Origin: Candidatus Poribacteria bacterium
GTDB taxonomy: Bacteria > Poribacteria > WGA-4E > WGA-3G
Assembly: GCA_021295715.1 (NCBI GenBank)
Contig: JAGWBV010000003.1
Coordinates: 203,043 to 267,042, forward strand
Length of the DNA: 64,000 nt
Direction of reading: 5' to 3'
The position numbers and the translations under genes were made by a program. Positions 47,459 through 57,429 of the stretch are shown one piece after another. Position 1 is the first letter of the stretch. The number at the start of each line of letters is the position of its first letter. The notes under the pieces are model-generated. The model had not been told where the DNA came from. It made no database searches and saw only the letters and a list, made by a program, of their open reading frames with translations.

Positions 47459-48889
47459 CTAATGGCTATCTGCCATCTGCCAATATGTTCGTAACCGATC
47501 GCCCCAATTCGATATGACTCCCTTCGGGCTTGGATGCACGATTTGTTGCCGATGGAGTCTCACTTCTTGGGCGAATAGTTTGTTTCTGCATATCTTAACG
47601 ACTTCATCGTAAGTTGGGTTTCCTGCCAAATTTTCTGTTTCCCCAGGATCATTGTGTCGATCAAATAGTTGAGCAAGTCCAAGTTGTTCGGCATCTGGTC
47701 CAGGAGGCTGGAAGTCCTCTATTGCTTTCGGTTTGTATTCTGTAACGTATTTATACTGATTCGTGACAATTGCACGCCCCCAATAATTGCTCTCTATGTA
47801 GGCGTAATCGCGCCAAGGGACACCCTTCCCCTCCGCGAGCGGGCGGACACTCAATCCCTGTATCCCTTCAGGCACATCAACACCGGCGTAATCGCAAACG
47901 GTAGGGAACAGATCAACACCTGAGATGAAGTGCGTTTCGTCAAATCGATCCTTCTCTACAGGAATACCCTCTCCCAAACACGCGACGATGAACGGCACTC
48001 TTATGCTCTCTTCGTAAAGCGTGAATTTCTGGAACATCTGATGGCTACCGCATGCCTCCCCGTGGTCTGCGCTGAAGATAATGAGCGTGTTATTGTGCCG
48101 AGATGTCTCTCGCAGGAGCGTGAGGACTCTTCCAATTTCTGCGTCCACCTTTTCAATGAACCGATAATAGTTCCACCTCAGATAACGCCAGTGGAGTTCA
48201 TCCCAGCCCCGTATCCCTTTAAGAATCGCCGCGTGGATAAGCGCGTCGTCAACCCTTCGGCAGACACGGTGTAACACCGTTTCCCGCTCATCGTAATCGA
48301 AGTTTTCTGGGAGCGGTGGCAGATCGTCTTCGGAAACTATTCCCTGCTCCAACGGGTTTGGAATATGTTTCTCCTCATGGTTGTGCAAATATTCGCATAC
48401 GTCGTGCGGATCGACGTAACCGATTTGGAGATAAAACGGATCGTCTTTGTCGTAGTTTGTCAAGAAATCTGCAACTGCGTGCGTAGATGCTGAATCGTAG
48501 TATGCGGCACCGCCTGCGCCAATATCCTGTTGCCCATAATAGAGGGTCCGAAAACTCTCGCGGACATCTCTGCCCGGAACATGCCACTTACCGCAGTGGA
48601 ATGCTTGATAGCCACCCGCGTTGAGCAATTGCCCAAGGTCAGGAATTTCTGAGTGTAAATACCCACCGTTAAACGGCACCCCCGTCTCGGAGGTGTATAA
48701 ACCTGTTGCCCAACTGGAACGAGCGGCAGCACACACCGGATCCGTACAGAACGATCTGCGAAATGAGGTCCCATTCCGATGAAGTTCATCGATATTGGGT
48801 GTCCGAAGGAACGGATTTCCGTAAGCCGAAATCGCATCCCACGAGTGCTGGTCGGTGTTAATAAAAAGAATATTGGGGCGTTCGTTCAT
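47459..48889 (-). CDS. sulfatase (formylglycine-dependent arylsulfatase family)
   Basis: NILFINTDQHSWD metal-binding N-terminus, and the CAAARSSWATG variant of the C-x-(P/A)-x-R formylglycine motif. Confidence 0.85.
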   Translation of the reverse strand: MNERPNILFINTDQHSWDAISAYGNPFLRTPNIDELHRNGTSFRRSFCTDPVCAAARSSWATGLYTSETGVPFNGGYLHSEIPDLGQLLNAGGYQAFHCGKWHVPGRDVRESFRTLYYGQQDIGAGGAAYYDSASTHAVADFLTNYDKDDPFYLQIGYVDPHDVCEYLHNHEEKHIPNPLEQGIVSEDDLPPLPENFDYDERETVLHRVCRRVDDALIHAAILKGIRGWDELHWRYLRWNYYRFIEKVDAEIGRVLTLLRETSRHNNTLIIFSADHGEACGSHQMFQKFTLYEESIRVPFIVACLGEGIPVEKDRFDETHFISGVDLFPTVCDYAGVDVPEGIQGLSVRPLAEGKGVPWRDYAYIESNYWGRAIVTNQYKYVTEYKPKAIEDFQPPGPDAEQLGLAQLFDRHNDPGETENLAGNPTYDEVVKICRNKLFAQEVRLHRQQIVHPSPKGVISNWGDRLRTYWQMADSH

Positions 48890-49677
48890 ACACGGTCCCC
48901 CATCTTCTCTCTAAGCACCAGCGTCTCGAAAAAGGTTGAAGCGATAGCAATGTTTCCGTGTCCATCGAGCCACCAATACGAAGGCAAAAGTCCAGTCCCG
49001 TAAAGATAATAACCGTCAAGCGGAATCGGGGTCTGTATCGTCTCAAGGAAACCGAGTTTACTTTTTAGTCTCAGTTGTTCCAAGTCTTCAAGGACAGCAA
49101 TGTCTATTCCATCGCCGGACGCTTGAATTGTTCGGACGAGCGCGGGAATGACATCAAAGAGTGCCCAATTGCATGTCAATTTGACAGATGCGTCTACTGT
49201 TCCTGCAGCAATTTCAGTACCGTTGATACGCAGCCGCACTTCTGAATCTGAGGTGAGATAGCCTGCACACACCAATTGGAAGTATTCATCGTCGGCACTG
49301 TTTCGGGCATCAACACTCCAATTACCGCTAAGCGGACGATGGTTTTCATCGCTACAACAGAATTGCATTTGAAGATTCTCGCCGCTTGTTGTATTTTCGT
49401 ATTTGACCGAATAGTGCCACAGGTTATCGTTTTTGCTCCGTTCGATGATGGCTGTCCCGATGCTCAGTGTCTCTGAGTTCTCTCCTCTGTTATAGCCGCG
49501 CCAGTAGTTCGGTAGTACATTGTAAACATGCGTGATCGTTTGCGCCGTTTGGGTGCCGCGTGTGGCAGCTTCGGGATCATACCCGCGAAGCGTTCCAATC
49601 AATTCTTGTGAAAATTGGGGGTTTTGGGCACCGTAATTGTAGTCAAAGGACCAGTGCAGCGGCTTGCTATCATTCAT
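48886..49677 (-). CDS. hypothetical protein (co-transcribed between nfi and sulfatase)
   Basis: There is a 4-nt overlap at both ends (ATGA). No family was recognised. Confidence 0.5.
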   Translation of the reverse strand: MNDSKPLHWSFDYNYGAQNPQFSQELIGTLRGYDPEAATRGTQTAQTITHVYNVLPNYWRGYNRGENSETLSIGTAIIERSKNDNLWHYSVKYENTTSGENLQMQFCCSDENHRPLSGNWSVDARNSADDEYFQLVCAGYLTSDSEVRLRINGTEIAAGTVDASVKLTCNWALFDVIPALVRTIQASGDGIDIAVLEDLEQLRLKSKLGFLETIQTPIPLDGYYLYGTGLLPSYWWLDGHGNIAIASTFFETLVLREKMGDRV

Positions 49678-50372
49678 GGCGTTGGAACCATTGGCATATT
49701 TTGGGAAACTTTACTGGATGCAGCATTATGTGCATAACGGGTTGTTTCGGGTAATCGGTAGCCTCTACAACATGCGAGAGTCAAGGTGCGTGCTGAATCC
49801 AAAGAGATTCGGTGTCCTATGGATATGTAGACCACCCGAACGTTGTTACGCGTGCGAACAACAGTGCCGATCACCTCGTCTTTGTCCATCAGGCAGGTAT
49901 AAGATCCCTGTTCGGCTTCTGGCTCCTCGTATCGTCCCCAAAGTCGAGATTTTGCACATCCAATCGTCGGTTTATCCAAAATTAGCCCTAAATGTGATGC
50001 GAGTCCAAACCGTCTTGGGTGTGCGATCCCCTGACCGTCCACTATCACCAGATCAGGTTCGGTTTGCAACTGTGTGAATGCGGTTAATAGGGGCGGGATT
50101 TCCCGAAAGGACAGCAACCCCGGTATATAAGGAAAACGAACAGGGCTTTCAGTAACCACGCTATCTACCACCTGCAACTCGGGAAAGCTCAGGACGACCA
50201 CGGATGCGCGTGCGATGTCCTTTTTCAGTCCGATATCTACCCCGGCAACGGTATTGATTTTCCCAAACTGGTCTGTTTTAACCACCTGCGTGCGGAGTTC
50301 ATTTTGGAGTCTCCGTGCTTCTGCGGGGGAAACATCCCATGAATGGAGGGCGCGATACTGTATAGCTGCCAC
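49674..50372 (-). CDS. nfi: endonuclease V (deoxyinosine 3' endonuclease)
   Basis: VAGVDIG ... PYIPGLLSFRE ... VDGQGIAHPRRFGLASHLG are Nfi family motifs. Confidence 0.85.
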   Translation of the reverse strand: MAAIQYRALHSWDVSPAEARRLQNELRTQVVKTDQFGKINTVAGVDIGLKKDIARASVVVLSFPELQVVDSVVTESPVRFPYIPGLLSFREIPPLLTAFTQLQTEPDLVIVDGQGIAHPRRFGLASHLGLILDKPTIGCAKSRLWGRYEEPEAEQGSYTCLMDKDEVIGTVVRTRNNVRVVYISIGHRISLDSARTLTLACCRGYRLPETTRYAHNAASSKVSQNMPMVPTP

Positions 50373-50524
50373 TGTTCGTTTTCAATGTAAACGTCGTCGT
50401 GTTTTACAATGCTTCAGGTGCAAAGAAAGCGTGCGGTGGTAAACCCTCCGCGGATGCTTGTAATATTATAACACAAAACACTTCGATTGTCAAGCCTTTT
50501 CGGCGTAGCTTATGCGTCGAATGA

Positions 50525-50677
50525 CTATTTCTTTTGCCTCGTCTCTTTGACCTCAACGGCACCGGGCTTCGTAATATGCCGGATGCCCGCGAAGAAGGCA
50601 GAGAGGACTAAATAACCGCCACCAATACCGATGAGGGCACCCAAACTGCCGATAATTAACTCTATTCCGTTGAACAT
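50525..50677 (-). CDS. possible 50-aa single-TM peptide (below the ORF-track size cutoff)
   Basis: The ORF encodes MFNGIELIIGSLGALIGIGGGYLVLSAFFAGIRHITKPGAVEVKETRQKK. It lies at the edge of an AT-rich ORF-poor stretch. Confidence 0.3.
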   Translation of the reverse strand: MFNGIELIIGSLGALIGIGGGYLVLSAFFAGIRHITKPGAVEVKETRQKK

Positions 50678-51173
50678 TATATGTTCTCCTCAAAATGGTG
50701 TTTTTATAATCGCTCTATATGAACCTGTCGGCGTTTCTCAAATTTTGAGTCTATCGCCTAAATTATTACAGGCAGTTAACGAAAGTATCTATCAATCGGT
50801 TTCAAAATTATTATATTAACCTAAGCAAAATGCGGATTAAACGCTAAATTATATATAAAGTCCCAATTTAACAATTAACAACGAGTTTTAATATTTGACT
50901 TATAAGGCAAATTAAATTTTATGTATAACTTCAAAATGAGCAGGAAACCGATCGGTAAGAGGATAGTGATCAGGTATTAGCAAGAATGATGCCACCGCAG
51001 AAACGCCAATATGAGAGAATACGCCAGCAAAATGTGTGTAATTAAACACAATAGGACAGAGAACTCGTGAAAAATGTGGCAAAATTGAAACACTCCAATA
51101 TGGTATGTTTCAAAGTGAATCTTTTCAAACGAGAAGATAAAACGTGAATTTCGGGAGGATTGTTGGAATGGAT

Positions 51174-51923
51174 TTAGTCAAGCATGGCAAAGATGCTGGG
51201 TGGCACGAGGTGTTCAATGGCTTCGCCCTGCTTTAACAGTTCACGAACCTCTGTTGAGGACATATACGCGTAAACATCGGGAAGTAGAAGGCATGAAACG
51301 TAGGGGGCATATTGGCGGATCTCCGGTTGTTCCATGAAAGATTCAATTGTCTTAATATCTGCCGCTGCTCGGTTCGCAACAATGAAGCGGGCATCTACAA
51401 AGAGTTCTCCCAATTCGGTGTGGAAATCCGTGTAGTATTTCGGGTCAAAGATTCTTACAAGGGTATCGTAGCCAACGATAAAATGGAACTCGGTTCTTGG
51501 TGGTAAAATCGCTTTTAAAGCGGTGACTTTATCAATATACCTACCGTGGCTTGATACACCGACAGAGAATTTTTCTCGGTTCTTCGTGTAACTTTTGAGA
51601 GTCAAGAGCCTTGCGGCAAGCGGTAAGCCAAACACCGTTTTATCCACATTCGCCTTTGCAAGGAGTAGGAGCAGTTCGTCCAACTGGTATTCAACAATTG
51701 TGTCCTCAATCATCTTGGTATGTGCAAGCGTTAGGGGATTGAAGGAACCTGAAAAAATGCCGAGTTTTTTACCGGTTTCAGATATTGATGTTTCTGCACG
51801 GTGCACCAGTTCTATCCGCGGCGATGCTGTTGGATCCAACCGATGAAAGAGTTCGGTGTAGCGTTCATAGTCCGGATGATGTTCACACTTATGTGTCAAC
51901 AGGTCCAATAATGAGTTCGCCAT
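51174..51923 (-). CDS. HxGH-type nucleotidyltransferase superfamily protein (NaMN/NMN adenylyltransferase- or cytidylyltransferase-like)
   Basis: GIFSGSFNPLTLAH resembles the (H/T)xGH motif. There is an N-terminal extension of about 45 aa. Confidence 0.6.
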   Translation of the reverse strand: MANSLLDLLTHKCEHHPDYERYTELFHRLDPTASPRIELVHRAETSISETGKKLGIFSGSFNPLTLAHTKMIEDTIVEYQLDELLLLLAKANVDKTVFGLPLAARLLTLKSYTKNREKFSVGVSSHGRYIDKVTALKAILPPRTEFHFIVGYDTLVRIFDPKYYTDFHTELGELFVDARFIVANRAAADIKTIESFMEQPEIRQYAPYVSCLLLPDVYAYMSSTEVRELLKQGEAIEHLVPPSIFAMLD

Positions 51924-52007
51924 TCGTCTACCTGGGTTCGTGCTCTGAGAAGCACAAACTAACGGTCTCCTATGCTACAAGGGTGGCAACTTGTGTTAAA
52001 GATAGAA

Positions 52008-52799
52008 TTAATCCGTGTCAATTTCCGCTTTTTTCGCTTCTTCCCAGATTGCATCAAGACTCTCTAAGTCTTGTGCTTCAAAACTGGTGCCGCGACGTTC
52101 TAATTCTGCTTCCATCCATTTAAAGCGTGTCATAAACTTGCGGTTCGCCGCCCGCAGTGTTTCTTCGGCTTGGATCTCCATAAAGCGGCAAAGATTGACA
52201 ACGGCAAAAAACAGATCGCCGAGTTCCATCGAAACTGCTTCCGGTTCATCTGCCTTGATACTTGCCTTGACTTCTTGGAGTTCTTCGTCAACCTTGGCGA
52301 CAACATCGGCAAGTTCATCCCAATCGAAACCGACACGGGCGGCTCGGTTCTGTATTTTCTGAGCGCGGAGCAGTGTGGGAAGCGCGTCCGGAATCCCATC
52401 AAGGACCGATTTCCGATCCTCGTAGCCCGCCTCTTGGCGTTTAATCTCTTCCCAGTTTTTCACAACTTCGTCCGAATCCTCAACGTCGATATCACCAAAG
52501 ACGTGTGGGTGTCGCCGAATGAGTTTCTCTGTGAGTATTTCGATCACGGCGTAGATGTCAAAATCCTTATGTTCTGCTGCGATCTGTGCTTGGAGCATAA
52601 TGTTCAGCAGGAGATCGCCCAATTCCTCTTTCAATTTCTTCGGGTCGCCTGTGTCAATGGCTTCAAGCGTCTCGTAAGTTTCCTCAATGAGTGTGGATTT
52701 CAGCGTTTCATGCGTCTGCTCCCGATCCCACGGACATCCGTTCTCACTTCTTAATGTCGCGATGACCCCCACAAGTTCTTCAAACAATTCCTTTTTCAT
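52008..52799 (-). CDS. mazG: MazG family nucleoside triphosphate pyrophosphohydrolase (tandem MazG domains)
   Basis: CPWDREQTHETL ... EETYETLEAI ... ELGDLL in the first domain, with a repeat of the EExxE pattern in the second. Confidence 0.85.
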   Translation of the reverse strand: MKKELFEELVGVIATLRSENGCPWDREQTHETLKSTLIEETYETLEAIDTGDPKKLKEELGDLLLNIMLQAQIAAEHKDFDIYAVIEILTEKLIRRHPHVFGDIDVEDSDEVVKNWEEIKRQEAGYEDRKSVLDGIPDALPTLLRAQKIQNRAARVGFDWDELADVVAKVDEELQEVKASIKADEPEAVSMELGDLFFAVVNLCRFMEIQAEETLRAANRKFMTRFKWMEAELERRGTSFEAQDLESLDAIWEEAKKAEIDTD

Positions 52800-52809
52800 A
52801 GAATCCTCC

Positions 52810-54090
52810 TTATTTTGTTGCTGTTTTGTTTTGCAAGGCTTTTACATGTTTTTGGACTTCCGCGTAGCGTTTTGCCTTTGGGAAGTGGGTAAGATAGAGT
52901 TTGTAGAGTTGCAACGCACGCGTATAGTTTTTCTGCGCTTCTGCCTCGCGCGCTCGATCTTCTAACGCATCCGCTTTGGCATTCAGCAGTTCACTGAGCA
53001 GTTGCACGGCATGTGCTTCAAAGACGCTGCCAGCATATTTATTGCGGAACGCTTCTAATGTCTTTACTGACGCCGCGTAGGGCTTCTCACCCGCTGCCTT
53101 CTTTAGCCGATTGAATTGTGTTTCGGCTTGGGTACCGAGATATATTGCGGATTCTTCCGCCGTGCGGCACAACTTCGTATCCGGTAAAATCTTTGCAATT
53201 CGGGTATAAAGTGTGAACGCTTCTCCAAGCCTCCCATTTTTTTCAGCGATCTGCGCCTTGTCAAACCCAGATTCAACCTGTTTCATGGGTCCGTAAGCGA
53301 TAAGCCACTCCCGCATTTTCGTTTTTGTCATCCATTGTGGAGAGAGTTTGTGCGTCTCATCTTTCCACTCCTCAAAAGCCACATCTGCACCGGACTCTGT
53401 ATAAAACTGAAAAGCACGTTTTGCGCGTGGATAATGTGGGTCATCCAATTCCCCGACACCATAGAAAAAGGGATGCCCGCGGATGAGTTCCGCCGGTGGT
53501 GGATTCATGTCCACATAGCACCTACCAGCCCCAAGGACGAGATTCCCGGCTAACCGACCTAATAACTGCTCTCCGAGAACGGTTGTTGAGTAGCCACCTT
53601 GACTATAACCGCCCATAAAAATGTAGTCTTGGTCAACGTTCACCCGTGTTGAGATAATTTCTAACGCCTCATCAAAGAAGATTTTCTCCGGTCCGGTTGT
53701 GTTGAAGCGGAGTTTATGGTAGTAAGCGTCAGTCGCGTAATTCATACCGGCAACAATGAATCCTTGCCCCTTCGTCACCTGTTTGAAGGGCCAGGTTGTG
53801 GCTGTTCCGCGGTAGCCGTGATAACAAAAAATAACAGGAAATGGACGTTGGTCGGTGTAATCAATCGGAAGGTAAAGCAGAAATGTCTTTCCTGTTTTTG
53901 GAGCCGTGATACGCACCTCTTTTCCCGCGGACAGCGTAGGGAACTCAGCGGCGAATGCGCTATGGAACAGAAGCAGCAGGAGCGCGTTGCAGCATACAAT
54001 CCTCACGCTGCAGAATAAATTTTTGGAACGTAGACCTCTGATAGCAAATTTCGGAAACCTGCAAGTTGCGCCGAAAAAGTGTATTCTCAT
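52810..54090 (-). CDS. secreted alpha/beta-hydrolase (esterase/PHB-depolymerase-like) with C-terminal TPR-like region
   Basis: Signal peptide, a FMGGYSQGG nucleophile elbow (G-x-S-x-G), and a helical repeat tail. Confidence 0.65.
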   Translation of the reverse strand: MRIHFFGATCRFPKFAIRGLRSKNLFCSVRIVCCNALLLLLFHSAFAAEFPTLSAGKEVRITAPKTGKTFLLYLPIDYTDQRPFPVIFCYHGYRGTATTWPFKQVTKGQGFIVAGMNYATDAYYHKLRFNTTGPEKIFFDEALEIISTRVNVDQDYIFMGGYSQGGYSTTVLGEQLLGRLAGNLVLGAGRCYVDMNPPPAELIRGHPFFYGVGELDDPHYPRAKRAFQFYTESGADVAFEEWKDETHKLSPQWMTKTKMREWLIAYGPMKQVESGFDKAQIAEKNGRLGEAFTLYTRIAKILPDTKLCRTAEESAIYLGTQAETQFNRLKKAAGEKPYAASVKTLEAFRNKYAGSVFEAHAVQLLSELLNAKADALEDRAREAEAQKNYTRALQLYKLYLTHFPKAKRYAEVQKHVKALQNKTATK

Positions 54091-54815
54091 GTGTCTGTTC
54101 CGTTCTCTTGGTCTTGAAGGGTTTCTAATTGAATAATCAGTTGACCGAGTTGCAGTCGCAAGAGCAGCGTATAGATTTGCATCAGGAGCGTAACCTGTGC
54201 TTCTGTTGGTAAATCACTGGCGTGAATTACCGCGAGGAGTCTGTCTGCACGTTGGCGGATTTCTTCGGCTTTCTCTAAGTCGTCGTCTGTTTCGACTGTG
54301 CTCTCTTTGATGAACTGCCAAATGCGATCCTGGATTTCCAGCATATAGTTTTTTGCCATTGCGGTGCGTGCGCGTTTCGCAGAGTCAACCCAAATTGTAT
54401 TTGCTTTCCAATTAAGCATGAAAGCGATACTATTGATGAGCACATCGCGGAGGGTATCCTCGCCAGAAAGGAGTTCCTCAACATTGGTGATTCCCTCTGC
54501 TTCTGCAGAGAATGTCCGCACGCGCGTATACTCTTTCAGGTCTTTCAGCATCAACTCGTTTTCAGCAATGAGATGCCAAAGGTCCGAACTCGTTGAAAGC
54601 AAGGTCTCTACACGGTTGCAAACCGGACCGGGAATTTGTGAGCGGATGCAGTAATAGTGGAGGCTGTGGAGCCGACTTCTGAGGTCTTGCAAACTCTCAG
54701 TCGTCTGGAGTTCCGAAGGGTGCGCGATGGATGGAAGGACATCCTCCCGAATCTGATTCAAAAGTGTAGGGATAGAGCGTTCAGCATTCATGTTGCGGAT
54801 CCCAATAATAGGCAA
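54087..54815 (-). CDS. hypothetical protein
   Basis: It overlaps the downstream gene by 4 nt (ATGA). No family was recognised. Confidence 0.45.
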   Translation of the reverse strand: MPIIGIRNMNAERSIPTLLNQIREDVLPSIAHPSELQTTESLQDLRSRLHSLHYYCIRSQIPGPVCNRVETLLSTSSDLWHLIAENELMLKDLKEYTRVRTFSAEAEGITNVEELLSGEDTLRDVLINSIAFMLNWKANTIWVDSAKRARTAMAKNYMLEIQDRIWQFIKESTVETDDDLEKAEEIRQRADRLLAVIHASDLPTEAQVTLLMQIYTLLLRLQLGQLIIQLETLQDQENGTDT

Positions 54816-54938
54816 GCGTTTGTTAGCACAATTTTCTTGTCTAATAGCGTAGCAGGTTTTTCGGGAAAAGTCAACTTGACATTTGTTATCAGGAGGTGTT
54901 ACAATGTGGATAAGAAACGCAAGAAACCGAGGACTGCC

Positions 54939-55487
54939 ATGAAACTACTTATCGTCGCAGTTATCAGCATCACTCTTTTTGGGATGTTCGTGGCTGTTGC
55001 CGATGAAAAATCAGAAACAGCACCGCCGAAAGTCGGCGATACAGCACCGGATTGGACGCTCCAAGACGCGGAGGAAAAGGAGCACGCCCTGAAGAAGTTG
55101 CGCGGTAAGGTTGTTTTCCTCATTATGGGCAATCGTAAGATTCGGGAAGAAGACGACAAGTGGGCAGAGGCGTTCCAGAAGGAATACGGAGAAAACGAAC
55201 GGGTTGTCGCCTATATTATTGGTGATTTACGGAGTGTTCCGGGATTCATACCGAAACGATTTATCAGAAGTCAACTGAAGAAAAACCCGCCTGCTGTGAA
55301 ATTCCTACTGGACTGGAAGGGAGAGGTCCACAAACAGTATCAGACGGAAGAAAAGAAACCGACGCTCTATCTCATCTCACAGAAAGGCACGATTGTGTTC
55401 CATCGGAAATCGGATTTCAAAGCAGACACTTATGCTGAACTGAAGAAAGCGATTGACAAACTCTTAGCAACACCCGATGCGAAGTAA
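54939..55487 (+). CDS. secreted thioredoxin-fold (AhpC/TSA/TlpA-like) protein lacking a CxxC motif
   Basis: Signal peptide MKLLIVAVISITLFGMFVAVA, then a redoxin-like APPKVGDTAPDW ... LRGKVVFLIMG core without cysteines. The start is ambiguous (GTG 54906 in frame; ATG 54939 overlaps the stop of a 12-codon uORF). Confidence 0.55.
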   Translation: MKLLIVAVISITLFGMFVAVADEKSETAPPKVGDTAPDWTLQDAEEKEHALKKLRGKVVFLIMGNRKIREEDDKWAEAFQKEYGENERVVAYIIGDLRSVPGFIPKRFIRSQLKKNPPAVKFLLDWKGEVHKQYQTEEKKPTLYLISQKGTIVFHRKSDFKADTYAELKKAIDKLLATPDAK

Positions 55488-55531
55488 CTTTTTGTGTATC
55501 TGCTCCGATCGTCTGATGTCTTCTATGATGG

Positions 55532-56413
55532 ATGGCGGAAACTATGTCTACAAAGCTGAAAAGAGAACCCTATTTGTCCAGCCCAATCTTCCTTCTTGTT
55601 GCCGGTCTACTTCTCGGGGGATTCGGTTTCTTGGCAATTCGCGTGGCGGTAGATGACGGGGTTTTTCAGATTTTAGCGTCTATTCTTTTAACCCTTTGCG
55701 GTTTATCTGCTGCGGTATATGGGTTCATGGGAGTGCTGGAGGGTAAACAAGCTCGGAAACTGACCAGAAGCGACTTACAGGAAATACAGGTACTCTCTCA
55801 GAGCCTCAAGGTGCGTTATCCTACCTACATTTTGAAGGTTCACAAACTAAAAGAGAAACACGATGCACTCCACGAGAAGTTTCCCGAAATCCGAGAGTAT
55901 TCCGAAGAATTCAAACGCCGTATCAAGGCACTTCAAGCCGAATTGGTTGCATTGGAAACCCAGCTTCACGATACTCTACAGAAGCACGCGCCCGTTATAG
56001 ATAGCGATAACGTGGACAGTATCGCGAAAAAGATTCTCTGGTCGGATAAGCAGATTCAGTTGACACAGTTAGATTCGACTTTAAAAACGCTCGCTGAGAC
56101 AGAAAACCCGATGGTCCCGGAGCATTACCGTGGTGTATTGAATCAGATACACCGCGATTTCAAGAGACTTGATGGTGGCGTGACGCTTTATCACGAATTG
56201 CTGACAGCATGTACCAGTGAAACTGTAGCGTTTGATGTTGTTCTTGGATTGAAACAGGAAGTTGAGGAAATTGACACCCTGATCTCACAGCATGAGACCA
56301 AACTACAAAAGTTGGAAACGGACACCCAAACACAATATGAGTTGTCGGAAATGGCACTGTCAATGTTTCAAGAGCGTTTTGAAGCGTTCAAGGCAGATTG
56401 CGAACAATCATGA
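55532..56413 (+). CDS. hypothetical membrane-anchored coiled-coil protein
   Basis: Two N-terminal TM helices are followed by a long heptad-rich region. Confidence 0.5.
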   Translation: MAETMSTKLKREPYLSSPIFLLVAGLLLGGFGFLAIRVAVDDGVFQILASILLTLCGLSAAVYGFMGVLEGKQARKLTRSDLQEIQVLSQSLKVRYPTYILKVHKLKEKHDALHEKFPEIREYSEEFKRRIKALQAELVALETQLHDTLQKHAPVIDSDNVDSIAKKILWSDKQIQLTQLDSTLKTLAETENPMVPEHYRGVLNQIHRDFKRLDGGVTLYHELLTACTSETVAFDVVLGLKQEVEEIDTLISQHETKLQKLETDTQTQYELSEMALSMFQERFEAFKADCEQS

Positions 56414-56419
56414 AAGGGA

Positions 56420-57406
56420 ATGGATATGAAATATCTCGTCACCGGTTGCGCTGGATTTATCGGATGGAAAGTGACAGAATTATTGCTGGAGGCTGGTCAC
56501 ACTGTTGTTGGGATTGATAACTTAAATGCCTCGTACGATACGCAAGTCAAGCAGTGGAGGCTTGAGCAACTCGAAGGCACCCCCAATTTCCACTTTCACC
56601 GTTCAGACATCTGTGATCGGGAAACATTGCAGGCGATATTCAAGAGGGATATCCCTACATTCGATGCGGTGATTAACCTCGCAGCGCGTGCTGGCGTTCG
56701 GCATTCTGTTGAGGATCCATGGGTATACGTGGATACAAACGTGACTGGTACGCTGAATTTACTGGATCTGTGCCGCGAGTTTGAAGTGAAGAAATTTGTG
56801 TTGGCATCAACATCAAGTCTATACGGTTCAAATAACAGTCTTCCGTTCAGTGAGGAAACGAATACAGACGGACCTTTGTCCCCTTATGCTGCATCGAAAA
56901 AAGGTGCCGAGTCGATTTGCCATAGCTATCACCATCTCTACGGCATCGACGTAACAATTTTCCGTTTTTTCACCGTGTATGGGCCCGCTGGCAGACCCGA
57001 TATGAGCGCGTTTCGCTTTGTGCATTGGATTAGCGAGGGGAAACCGGTTACCGTCTATGGCGATGGCAAAGAATCTTCACGGGACTATACCTATCTGGAT
57101 GACATAGCAAGAGGGGTGATTGCGGGGCTGAAACCGCTCAAGTACGAGGTGATTAACCTCGGTTCCGATAGTCCTATTGTGCTGATTGATACGATTCGGT
57201 TGATAGAGGAACTGGTTGGTAGAAAAGCCGAACTCACGCACCAACCGTTTCATCCGGCGGATGCCCGCGCCACGTGGGCAGACATCCGTAAAGCGGAAAA
57301 ACTTTTAGGATGGCGACCGCAAGCCAGTTTCCGTGAAGGAATCACTGCACTTGTAGAGTGGTACCAAGCGAATCGGGAATGGGCAAAACACATCCAGACA
57401 GACTAA
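56420..57406 (+). CDS. NAD-dependent epimerase/dehydratase (UDP-sugar 4-epimerase, extended SDR)
   Basis: VTGCAGFIG Rossmann motif, a YAASK catalytic Y-x-x-x-K, and 328 aa. Confidence 0.85.
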   Translation: MDMKYLVTGCAGFIGWKVTELLLEAGHTVVGIDNLNASYDTQVKQWRLEQLEGTPNFHFHRSDICDRETLQAIFKRDIPTFDAVINLAARAGVRHSVEDPWVYVDTNVTGTLNLLDLCREFEVKKFVLASTSSLYGSNNSLPFSEETNTDGPLSPYAASKKGAESICHSYHHLYGIDVTIFRFFTVYGPAGRPDMSAFRFVHWISEGKPVTVYGDGKESSRDYTYLDDIARGVIAGLKPLKYEVINLGSDSPIVLIDTIRLIEELVGRKAELTHQPFHPADARATWADIRKAEKLLGWRPQASFREGITALVEWYQANREWAKHIQTD

Positions 57407-57429
57407 ACAGCAGTTGCATCTGTAAGCCG

